Assembly (NCBI RefSeq): GCF_006345805.1
Contig: NC_043024.1
Coordinates: 11,222,001 to 11,286,000, forward strand
From: Octopus sinensis
Lineage: Eukaryota
Length of the DNA: 64,000 nt
Direction of reading: 5' to 3'
Notes under the pieces: model-generated
The model's database searches: none
What the model was told of the DNA's origin: nothing
The model's input: only the letters and a program-made list of their open reading frames with translations
Made by a program: the position numbers and the translations under genes
Shown: in pieces, positions 54,216 through 64,000 of the stretch
Numbering within the stretch: position 1 is the stretch's first letter
How the letters are laid out: every line of letters starts with the position of its first letter

Positions 54216-54708
54216 GGGTGGGCATAAAGAGGGGAACTGAATAGGAAAGGGGATAGGACATGAAACAGTGTAATGGTTAACAGGAACTGGGAATAACCCC
54301 TGCTTTCCTGGTATTACCAGTCAACTCATTTATTTTACCCAGATGCATATTCATTAGTTAAAACGATATAGGAACATTCGTTATTCACCCACTAATTGTA
54401 TTAATAGTTTGTAATAATTATTTTAGCAATAAACTATCACCATAAAGGTTAATAAAATATTTAATGGCTTAATTACACCTGATTCTAAAAATTATATATT
54501 GACACAAGATTAGGGATAAGAATGGGAATGGAACTAAAAGGGGAACTGAACAGGGAGCAGGACAGGACATGAAACAATGTAAAGGGAACAGGAACTGGAA
54601 ATAACCCCCGCTTTCCTGGGTATTAACAGGTAATTCAGCTAGTGTGTGTATATATATATTTATATAATATATATATACATAATATAATATATATATATAT
54701 ACATACAT

Positions 54709-54741
<33 letters not shown>

Positions 54742-54745
<4 letters not shown>

Positions 54746-54910
54746 TAATCCAAACAAGAAAGCACAAAAAACACAACAACGCGAGGACGTGAAACAAATA
54801 TAGTATTATTGGACACTCAGCTCTTCATCGGAAACATAGGAGAAGGAAAGATCTAGAGAAGGGAAGACAGAGGAAAAAAATCGCCAACGGTACACACGAG
54901 GTCACATTTT
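54742..54910. mobile_element. short dispersed repeat, probably Penelope-LTR derived, internally deleted
   Basis: Contains GCTCTTCATCGGAAAC, similar to Penelope terminal motifs; recognition from memory only. Confidence 0.35.
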
Positions 54911-55534
54911 GAATATATACACACACACACACAAATCATCTGGTCACTTCATACCAAGGGTTAGTGTCAGGAAGAGCATGTGGCTAGAAAAAGCAATGCT
55001 TCAAATAACCCATACATACATGATTAAATAGACTTAAAAGTGAATGAACAAATGGTAGCCATACATTATATATCTATATATTACATGGATGTTATGGGGT
55101 ACTCTTCTAACATGGGGAACTTGTGGAATCTTGCATAGTGTTAATTGAATGAGAAAAATATTTATGAATATGTTCATTTATATTAATAGCTATCATTTAA
55201 TGTAAAACTGAAGGCATGTATTTTCGGCAATGCATGCTCAAATGGTCAAAACAATGAAATAAGTTGCCAAGTGGAACCTAGACTATTTGTACCAGGAATT
55301 TTATAACCAAAAAATAAAGTCATCAGTAAAATGGATATTCCAGGGAGTCAACTCCATAATGGAAAATAAGTTGGCTGATTCCTTGGCACATGCGAAAATA
55401 ATGGGAATATAAACATTGTCGTTGAGAAAAATCTCACAAGGGTTAAGAGTTTTTGGTTTAGGGTTATGATTACAAAAATGATATTTAATTCCTTTTTTGT
55501 TTACATTTTCTTTCACACACACACACACATATTT

Positions 55535-55935
55535 ATTCTTTTACTTGTCTTAGTCATTTGACTGTGACCATGCTGGAGCAGTGCCTTTAGTCAAACAAAT
55601 CAACCCCAGGACTTATTCTTTCAAAGCCTAGTACTTATTCTATTGGTGTCTTTTGCTGAACTGCTGAGTTACGGGGATGTAAAAACACCAACACCAGTTG
55701 TCAAGCGATGGTTGGGGGACAAACAGAGACACACAAATATTTACATACATGTATAAATAAATAAATATATATATATATACACACACACGACAACCTTCTT
55801 TCAGTTTCTGTCTACCAAATCCACTCACAAGGCTTTGATCGGCCTGAGTGTATAGTAGAAGACACTTGTCGAAGGTTCCACGCAGTAAGACTGAACTCAG
55901 AACCATATGGTTGGTAACCAAGCTACTTACCACAC
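55535..55935 (-). mobile_element. SINE family A
   Basis: Colinear similarity. Confidence 0.88.
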
Positions 55936-56579
55936 AAAACATATCCCCATATATATATTTACATATACACACATACTTGCATGTGTATTGTGTGTGTTTG
56001 TGTGTGTGTATGCATGTGTAATCTATATAGTACCAATATAAACATGGCTAATCTAAACACAAAACAATGAACAATCCTAATTTTTGAATGTTATTGAATT
56101 CTCTTCAGAGGAATCTACATCAATTTGACTAATCCCAGAGAAACATACAGCTAATCTGTTTATATAGTCAACAATCACACTAGTTACAGAAAACTGAAGC
56201 TACTAATTTGCATACCACACTTTATTTCTAAATATCTCAAAAGATATATTTTTGGTATGACCATCAAGGTAGACCATACCCTGTGAGAATTTCTATAGGA
56301 AATACAAGGCTTAGTACTGCACCCTTTCCTTCACAGATAAGAAAGAGGTCCGAGATCTCATTGAGTTTTTTTGAATGCGGAAAATATGTAAAGGAAGAGT
56401 ATCTCCATGAAGTGTTATCCAGTTGAGGGATCAGTTACGGAAGTTGATAGTTCCTGGGCAGCCAGTAAAAATATAAAAATCACAGAAAATAGATGGAATT
56501 TGGAAAGCAAGTGAGTTATCAACCAAGAATTAGTGCTCAGCACCTTACTATGCATTATAGTCCTCTAGATCATAAAATG

Positions 56580-57520
56580 AAAGTTTAAGACTGGTTGCCC
56601 ATGGGAGCTCCTGTATGCTGATGGCCTAGTTCTTGGAGCAGAGACTGTGGAATATTTAGAAAACAAATCCATACGTCGAAACAAAACATAATAAGAAGAG
56701 GCTTTAAAGCAAACTGAGTGGAAACTCTGGTTTTAGTAGAAAGAGAAAGAAGATAAGATTCTGATACTATTAGAGGGATGGCCATTCTTATCAATATGCA
56801 GAAAAAGAATAGGTAGAAAAGTCTATGACATGTACCCTATGTTGTCTTTAGGTGCACAAAAATTAGTGAATTCAAAGGCAGGCAGACAACTAGAGGCTTT
56901 GTTTGCAGTATAGAGATGTACAGGTGGGGTGAGCTCTTGGAGCACCAACAAAAGTAAATTCTTTGCTATGCTCAGAGGACGTTGGCAGCTGATAGCTTCA
57001 GTCACCTAATCAGCAGTGAACGGGGGTGTACTATAAGTATAGTGGCAATAATAACAGTGTAAAAAGCCCAGGGAGTTATTTACCTGTAATGATAACACGG
57101 GAATTCTCTCTCTAAGAGAAGGGTATATTGTACAACCTATGTGTACAATCTGCAATGCTGCAAAGTAATGAAACATGGACACTGAATACAGAGGATTTGT
57201 GGAGGCTGGGAAGAAATGACATGAGCAAGATCTTCCAGATGTGTATGAATGACAAAGCAAAGACGAGCTGAGAGACAAGCAGGATTAAAGAGAAATCAAA
57301 TATAGTATGTAAGAGTGGCAGCTATGCTAGAATGGACAGGTAATGCATATGGAGCATGTCAAACAGGTAAAGATGTGCCAAGAGGAAGACCCAATGGACA
57401 TAGAAAGTGAAGGCTGATATTAGGAAGCTGAGCCTCATATAAAAGGCGACAAAGAAATGCAATAAGACGCAAGCTGCAGTGTTGAGAGGACGTTTGCATG
57501 GGAAAAACAGACATAAATAT
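56580..57520 (+). mobile_element. decayed RTE-like LINE (RT YADD region to C-terminus)
   Basis: GCPWELLYADGLVL (degenerate YADD), a Cys-rich stretch, then ETWTLNTEDLWRL and a GRP-like end; many stops. Confidence 0.75.
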
Positions 57521-58255
57521 GATTGATGATGTTTGGCTGTATTTGGTAGTACTTGCAGACACAGCAGGTTCAGTAGGACTCCTTTGACCTGTGGGAAGCA
57601 TAATAACCTTTCTAGTGCCATGGAAAATGCACTTAGTACACCTTGTATGGTGGATTGCATTATGAAAGGTATCCAGCCAGATAAATGTAAACCAGATGTA
57701 AGAGATGTGGTCTCTAGGGCCCATATACACACATATGCATGCATACACACACACATGAGAAAGAGAGAGAGATATTGCAAATACACAAATAAAACTGCTC
57801 GGATTTGATATATAAAATATACATGTATATATGTAAATAGGAAGAAAGCAAAGACAGAAAATTTTCCAATGATGAAGACACAAAGGCAAGAAGGTATGGT
57901 GCTACAAGTCCAACAGCTGTTTCTAGGGGCTCAGAGTTACTTCATAGTGTTGGCAGATGTAGTTCACCAGAATATGCAACAACTATTGGAAGCAAATACT
58001 TAACATTAGATAGATCCGGCCTCTTATCTTCAGTGGAGAGATAAAAATCTGACATTTCGGATCACGATGCAAGGAAATTTCAAACCCAAGCAGTTCTGTT
58101 CATTTGCATCATTGTCTCCATATCTGCTCAACTGGATTCCTTTTATACCGACTGTTTACCCGCAGGACTTGGTCCTCAGTAAAGGTTTTGGAGTAAGTTC
58201 AATTCATTTAAGTGCTACTAGGCATTTTCTATATTGAGAATCTCTGAACCTCATC

Positions 58256-58312
<57 letters not shown>

Positions 58313-58317
58313 GTATA

Positions 58318-58605
58318 TGGGTAAAGCCCCTAGACAGTTACCCTCCAAGAAATAAGTTTGAGGAAGACCAGCAGTCGCCCAAGCATGTCAGCCTCCCCCC
58401 TCAACGCCACCAATGTTATCCAAGGGAAAGGCAAAGGGGCCGATACTGCATGGCACCAGTGACGTCGCAACTCCTCTCTACAGCTGAGTGAACTGGAGCA
58501 ACGTGAAATAAAGTGTCTTGCTCAAGAACACAACACAACAGCCCGGTCCAAGAATCGAACTGTCATGATTATGAGGCCGACGCTCTAACTTCTGATCCAT
58601 GCACC
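58318..58605 (-). mobile_element. tRNA-headed SINE family H (copy 2)
   Basis: GAAGACCAGCAGTCGCCC...GCTGAGTGAACTGGAGCAA.GTGAAATAAAGTGTCTTGCTCAAG shared with copy 1. Confidence 0.78.
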
Positions 58606-58637
58606 ATCACTCTCTGTACATGTGTGTGTGTTTTTTA

Positions 58638-58674
<37 letters not shown>

Positions 58675-58856
58675 ATATTTCCACCCACCCTGTATGTATG
58701 TACACAATGGCGATGGCCATATATATACACACACATATAATATATACATACACATATAATAATATACACACACACATATAATAAAGTATATGTGTGTATA
58801 TATATATATATACACACACATAATAATAATGGCCATCGCCATCGTATACATACATA

Positions 58857-59222
58857 CAGGACGGGTGTAAAGTAAGTAGGCATTAGAAATTGCTTGTAGA
58901 ATTTTTAGTATCACTGAAGTCATGACAAAAACATTTTTAAGATAACACTAATGGGTATTTCTTATTGACTCACTTCTTATGTTCCAGATGGCCGGTCGTT
59001 TGACTGTTCAGGATCGAGCCAAGACAGCAGCACGCTACGAAGTGTGGAATTCCATTGTTTTGGTTCAGAGAGAGTGGCGTGCATGGAAAGGGTAACCAAT
59101 GCAACACTACGTCCGGTTACAATAAAAACTGGTCATGCAAAGCTGATGACCATGGGCTCTGTGAACGATGCAAGAAGAAGTGGCTGTCCAACCACATCCC
59201 GATCAGCAGAGAAGGTGGCAAT
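58857..59222 (+). mobile_element. Tc1/mariner-superfamily relic, transposase N-terminus
   Basis: TA|CAGGACGGGTG start. ATG 58988 gives MAGRLTVQDRAKTAARYEVWNSIVLVQREWR, frameshifting into TIKTGHAKLMTMGSVNDARRSGCPTTSRS, which has the HTH and GRP-like motif. Confidence 0.8.
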
Positions 59223-59232
59223 GTGTGTGTGT

Positions 59233-59446
59233 GGCGATCTTTCGGTACAAGTACCATAACTGCCAAATCTGTTTGTTTACATTTGAAGAAGAAGATCGTC
59301 ACTTTCCGTAATTTTTTTTGTATATATGTGGGGTTTGGGTTAGGGTTAAGTGTGGGGGAAAGGGTTTCTTTTTTTCTTCAGAAATGTAAATAAACCCACA
59401 TGGGTTTATAATTGGCAATTATGGTACTTGTACCGAAAGATCGACC
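59233..59446. mobile_element. MITE with about 30-bp TIR GGCGATCTTTCGGTACAAGTACCATAA
   Basis: Inverted termini; internal GGGTTAGGGTTA motif; no TSD seen. Confidence 0.8.
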
Positions 59447-59897
59447 CAACATTCAACAAAAACGAAAACTCTGCCTCAATAAAATGTCCGATTCATACAA
59501 GCATGGAAAAGTGAACATGCTGGATTGTGTGTGTGTGTGTGTAACCACACACACACACACACAATCAGGTGCAGGCGTGGGTATGAGGTTAAGAAGTTCG
59601 CTCTTCCAAACTATTTGGTTTTGGATCTGGACCAAACAAACCTTGTGAACGAAGTAGATAAGTAGATGGAAACTGAAAGAAGCATGTGTGTGTGTGTGTG
59701 TGTGTGCACTTTGAACCCTTAATTTCTTAAGTCGTGACATAAGGCGTACGTTTTTAGAACTAGTTAGTGCCCGTTCCTTTCGCAGTCTGAACACAGCTAA
59801 CCTCTCGAGGGATGACAAAAGAATACCCTCCCCTACAAGACTTTGTTCACGAAAGATTAAGAATCATGGCTGACTATGGTGGTACCTAAACTAAAAG

Positions 59898-60132
59898 GCG
59901 GCGAGCTGGCAGAAACGTTAGCACGCCGGGCGAAATGCGTAGCCGTATTTCGTCTGCCGTTACGTTCTGAGTTCAAATTCCGCCGAGGTCGACTTTGCTT
60001 TTCATCCTTTCGGGGTCGATTAAATAAGTACCAGTTACGCACTGGTGTCGATATAATCGACTTAATCCGTTTGTCTGTCCTTGTTTGTCCCCTCTATGTT
60101 TAGCCCCTTGTGGGTAGTAAAGAAATAGGTAT
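59898..60132 (+). mobile_element. SINE family B, young, with 12-bp TSD
   Basis: TSD CTAAACTAAAAG at 59886-59897 and 60133-60144. Confidence 0.93.
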
Positions 60133-60164
60133 CTAAACTAAAAGCAGAAAGCCGAAACAATTAC

Positions 60165-60230
60165 CTCAAACCAAGCTATCCACCATGACGACTAAACCAA
60201 TTTGCCGCCTTCATATACCATTATATATTA
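60165..60230 (-). other. candidate distal 5' (non-coding or Met-only) exon of boule
   Basis: CpG-containing unique sequence GGCGGCAAATTGGTTTAGTCGTCATGGTGGATAGCTTGGTTTGAG|gtaatt. An alternative ATG|gtggat lies at 60184-60186. No transcript evidence. Confidence 0.3.
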
Positions 60231-60557
60231 CACACACCACACACACACACACACACAATTACTACAACTCGTTGCTATTATGCAAAAGTGTCGTAAGTCT
60301 AAAACGTTGCTTTTTTTAAATCTGAAAACGGAAAAATAGTTTCACGATTCCATTTCTTTTTACATTAGCAACAGTTTCAGCTTAACAATAATAATAATAC
60401 TTCGTTGGGTGCATAAAATCGCAACTCCATGTATGTAGGATATTTTCAGTCAGAAATATTTTTGCAAAACTGTCGTATGTGGGGGCTTACTACATTTCTT
60501 TAAAAAATGCTAAACCACTATACTACACTTTGACAATTTTCATCTGAAGAAACTTTT

Positions 60558-60972
60558 GGATCTTTTCGGTTTGACCGGCAGTTTTTAACATAATTTCTAG
60601 GTAACTAAAAAATTTTAAACTTCATATACTGGTAGAATGTGTTTATAAAACATCTTTTTCTCTTGGCTTTATTGAGAAAATTCTATGGTTTGTAACATAT
60701 TTGTTGTTGTTTTTCTTCAATTTCTGCAATTTCAACCAATCAATGACGTCCATTGAGGTAAAAAAAAAACATTCTGTGCCGTATGAATATGTCCCTCGTT
60801 TAAGAAACAGATTGGGTTTATTTACATTTGTGAATAAAAAAAGATACCCTTTCCCCTAACCCTAACCCTAAAACAGATTGAAATGCAATAGATCGATACT
60901 AGGGTCATAATTATAGGTGACAATTTCATATGACACCGCTAGAAAAAACTGCCGTTCAAACCGAAAAGATCC
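60558..60972. mobile_element. MITE with TIR GGATCTTTTCGGTTTGA(C/A)CGGCAGTTTTT (full copy)
   Basis: About 29-bp inverted termini; internal CCCTAACCCTAACCCTAA. Confidence 0.88.
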
Positions 60973-61312
60973 TATTGTAAAAAAAAAAAAAAACGCATTT
61001 GGCCAAATTTGGACATACCACAGTTTAACATAATAGCAACGAATTGTACTGATGTCAAAGGGGAGGGGTTCAAGTGTGAAGTGAATAAGGTTCTGTTTTC
61101 TTAAATTGAGAATTTCCCCCGAAATTGTTCACGAATTACTAATAGGCATTCCTTTGGTTTCGGATTACATTCGAATTAATTTGATCTGCAATCTTCACAA
61201 ATCCTGGCTTTCTGCGCCAGGAACATTCTCGTAAACAGGAATGGGGGGGGGGGCAACAAAGCACTATTGTTTCACGAAACCATCAAATATATTTACCGAT
61301 TAAATTTGATCC

Positions 61313-61735
61313 GGCAATCTTTCATCTCTAGTAGATCTTTCCGTCGATTTCCGTAAAAAAATTTTTTTTTTTTTTTACATATGGGCTTGCGGGAACTTTT
61401 GAAGTAATGAGAGCGAAAGAGACTAAGAGAAAGCGATTGTATGACGAGGGAAGTTCTTTTGAAGTTACCGTGCGTGGGAAGCATTGATGTACATGTGTGT
61501 GTGTTTGATGGGAGACAGACAGTATGTTGTGTAAGTGAAGTGCTTCTGTTAGTGTGTGTGAAGAGACAGAGAGAGTAATGTGTGAAAGAGAGAGATAACT
61601 GAAATTTTTTACTCGGTGTATGTGTATATATATATATATGTATATTACTTCAAAAGTTCCCGCAAGCCCATATGTAGAAAAAAAAAATTTTTTACGGAAA
61701 TCGACGGAAAGGTCTACTAGAAACGAAAGATCGCC
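61313..61735. mobile_element. Mutator (MULE)-type MITE with 9-bp TSD
   Basis: About 95-bp TIRs (61313-61408 and 61644-61735) starting GGC(A/G)ATCTTTC; perfect 9-bp TSD ATTTGATCC at 61304-61312 and 61736-61744. Confidence 0.9.
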
Positions 61736-61859
61736 ATTTGATCCTAAGGTTATTAAACATCATCTACAGCATATATACATCTAAAACACACACACACACA
61801 CACACCATCATATTGCTTTGCATTAAGAATGAAACCGTTTCTTTCGGCGATTTACAAAG

Positions 61860-61970
61860 ATCAGGTTTACACCATGAGAAATTTTAGAGGGGAATTGAAA
61901 TCTAGAGAATGTGTTGGAAGATGAAAGGAGCGGCGAGATAAGTTAAAAATTAATTTACCGACCAAGAATG
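61860..61970 (+). other. probable first exon of an unidentified plus-strand gene, ending in the start ATG
   Basis: GACCAAGA-ATG|GTAAGT (ATG 61968-61970) with a consensus donor, followed by CpG-rich intron-like sequence. No further exon recognised before the window end. The 5' boundary is a guess. Confidence 0.5.
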
Positions 61971-62231
61971 GTAAGTCTCTCTCCTACGTAAACTAAAACG
62001 GGTGGGTGTTTGAGTGTACGCGCGTGTATCTACTACGTACCTGTGTGAACCTATGTATAATATACCTGTGTATGTGTGTAGGTGCACGTACGCACATAAC
62101 AGACATGTTGGTAATGTTGCTGAATACTTCGCAGTCAGGAAACGTGGTATTTAGTCATCTTCTAGTGTTGGTATAACATTTATATAATACTAGTAGCTTT
62201 GGTAGTTTGTTTCCTTATAACAACTCTATGG

Positions 62232-62908
62232 GGATCTTTTCGGTTTGAATGGCAGTTTTTTTTTAAATAATTTCCACATAACTAAACACTTTTAAACTTT
62301 GTTATACTGATAGAATGTGTTTATAAAACATCTTTTTCTCTTGGTTTTATTGAGAAAATTCTATAGTTTGTAAGATATTTGTTGTTTTTTATTCAATTTC
62401 TGCAATTTCAACCAATCAATGACGTCTATTGAGGTAAAAAAAGACAAACTGTGCCGTATGAATATGTCCCTCGTTTAAGAAACAGAATGGGGATCTTTTC
62501 GGTTTGAACGGCAGTTTATAAAAATAATTTCCACGTAACTAAACACTTTTAAACTTCGTATACTGGTAGAATGTGTTACATAAAACATCTTTTTCCGTCG
62601 GCTTTATTGAGAAAATTCTATAGTTTGTAACATATTTGTTGTTTTTTCTTCAATTTCTGCAATTTCAACCAATCAGTGACGTCTATTGGGTTAAAAAGCA
62701 TTCGGTGCCGTATGAATATGTCCCTCGTTTAAGAAACAGATTGGGTTTATTTACATTTTTGAAGAAAAAAAGATACCCTTTCCCCCCACCCCTAACCCTA
62801 ACCCTAAAATAGATTGAAATGCAATAGATCGATACTAGGGTCATAATTATGGATGACAATTTCATATGACACCGCTGGAAAAAACTGCCGTTCAAACCGA
62901 AAAGATCC
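62232..62908. mobile_element. composite GGATC-MITE: partial copy 62232-62486 plus full copy 62491-62908
   Basis: Both segments match 60558-60972; flanked by AACAACTCTATGG (62219-62231) and AACAAATCTATGG (62909-62921). Confidence 0.88.
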
Positions 62909-63180
62909 AACAAATCTATGGAACTTGTAATAAATTAGTTATTTGTTACTGGTAAATAAAAGCAATAAAATAAATAAAAAAAAAAATTAAATGAAAAATA
63001 AGTTACGGAGTGAGAAACAAAAGTTTTAGAAAACTGAAACCCCCAAACTCTTCAAAATAAATGAATTTGTGAAAATATTTTTTTCACATACAACCTTAAT
63101 TATCTCTGATGCTCCGAAAAGTGTTAACCCGAAAATACCTTTTCGAAAAAAAAGTTACGGAAAAAAAGTTAAGGAAGTAT

Positions 63181-63590
63181 AGGCGTAGGAGTGGCTGTGT
63201 GGTAAGTAGCTTGCTAACCAACCACATGGTTCCGGGTTCAGTCCCACTGCACGGCACCTTGGGCAAGTGTCTTCTGCTATAGCCCCGGGCCGACCAATGC
63301 CTTGTGAGTGGATTTGGTAGACGGAACTGAAAGAAGCCTGTCGTATATATGTATATATATGTATGTGTGTGTGTGTTTGTGTGTCTGTGTTTGTCCCCCT
63401 AGCATTGCTTGACAACCGATGCTGGTGTGTTTACGTCCCCGTCACTTAGCGGTTCGGAAAAAAGAGACCGATAGAATAAGTACTGGGTTTACAAAGAATA
63501 AGTCCCGGGGTCGATTTGCTCGACTAAAGGCGGTGCTCCGGCATGGCCGCAGTCAAATGACTGAAACAAGTAAAAGAGAGAGAAAGAGTA
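63181..63590 (+). mobile_element. SINE family A, full length
   Basis: Head AGGCGTAGGAGTGG and tail GACTGAAACAAGTAAAAGAG. Confidence 0.92.
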
Positions 63591-63807
63591 AAGAGAAGCG
63601 GAAGAGAAGGACAAAAATAGAAAAGGAAATCGAAAGAATTATAAATCTCGCGTTTAAATCATAGGATATGACGGAAATTATTTTCGAAAAAAGTCGAAGC
63701 TTGAAATATCACGGAAGAGAGAGAGATAGCCAAATGATCCCCCCCCCCATTTTTTTTCTCTCCAGAATCATGAGACACGGTAGGTACTTGAAACAGAATG
63801 GGGGGGG

Positions 63808-64000
63808 GGATCTTTTCGGTTTGACCGGCAGTTTTTTAAAATAATTTTCTAGGTAACTAAACACTTTTAAACTTCGTATACTGGTAGAATGTGTTTATAA
63901 AACATCTTTTTCTCTTGGCTTTATTGAGAAAATTCTATAGTTTGTAACATATTTGTTGTTGTTTTTCTTCAATTTCTGCAATTTCAACCAATCAATGACG
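63808..64000. mobile_element. GGATC-MITE, truncated by the window end
   Basis: Near-identical to 60558-60750. Confidence 0.88.

Larger units (their letters stand above)
60140..62100. promoter_or_regulatory. putative divergent promoter region
   Basis: Visibly higher CpG retention than the rest of the window, lying between oppositely oriented candidate first exons. Confidence 0.4.

Noticed and set aside
54780-54850. Hammerhead ribozyme in Penelope-like termini
   Set aside because: No intact CUGANGA...GAAA core with closing stems was found by eye here or at 50550 and 63107. A covariance-model search would be needed to exclude one.
60850-60872. Telomeric (CCCTAA)n as a chromosome end or interstitial telomere
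   Set aside because: Only about 3 units, and they are an internal part of the MITE, recurring in the 62491 copy.

Overview
AT-rich, repeat-dense eukaryotic genomic DNA. The SINE, MITE and microsatellite content looks like octopus (coleoid cephalopod); this is inferred from recognising the repeats, not from a search. The main gene is boule (BOLL, DAZ family germline RRM protein) on the minus strand. Five short coding exons (33984-34100, 21706-21797, 20191-20248, 2701-2760, 570-594) have canonical GT-AG sites and matching phases. With a probable Met-only exon at 34577-34579 they splice to (M)SSSDVSPCPTPVGTPISTQAPKYGTVIPNRIFVGGITTTTTEAELKAFFTSYGTVKDTKIIADRGGVSKGYGFVTFENQEDADRILKKEAENLIFKDRKLNIGPAIRKQQVSPRSYG; the 3' part of the gene lies left of the window. 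Exon numbers E1-E6 are provisional. Around 60.1-62.0 kb a CpG-richer region looks like a divergent promoter zone, with a probable plus-strand first exon ending ATG|GTAAGT at 61968-61970. The rest is transposon material: several tRNA-headed SINE families, RTE LINE remnants, two Tc1/mariner relics, Helitron, piggyBac-type and Mutator-type non-autonomous elements, and a Penelope remnant. Almost all ORFs in the supplied track are spurious. The best leads are inverted repeat pairs bracketing boule exons (possible circRNA or dsRNA), a strong SINE strand bias explained by a built-in antisense cryptic exon, a possible RRM-only isoform, and a promoter-restricted cluster of GATCTTT-ended MITEs. I found no clearly new biological system; these are testable hypotheses. 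Repeat boundaries were read by eye and are approximate unless a TSD or TIR is quoted.
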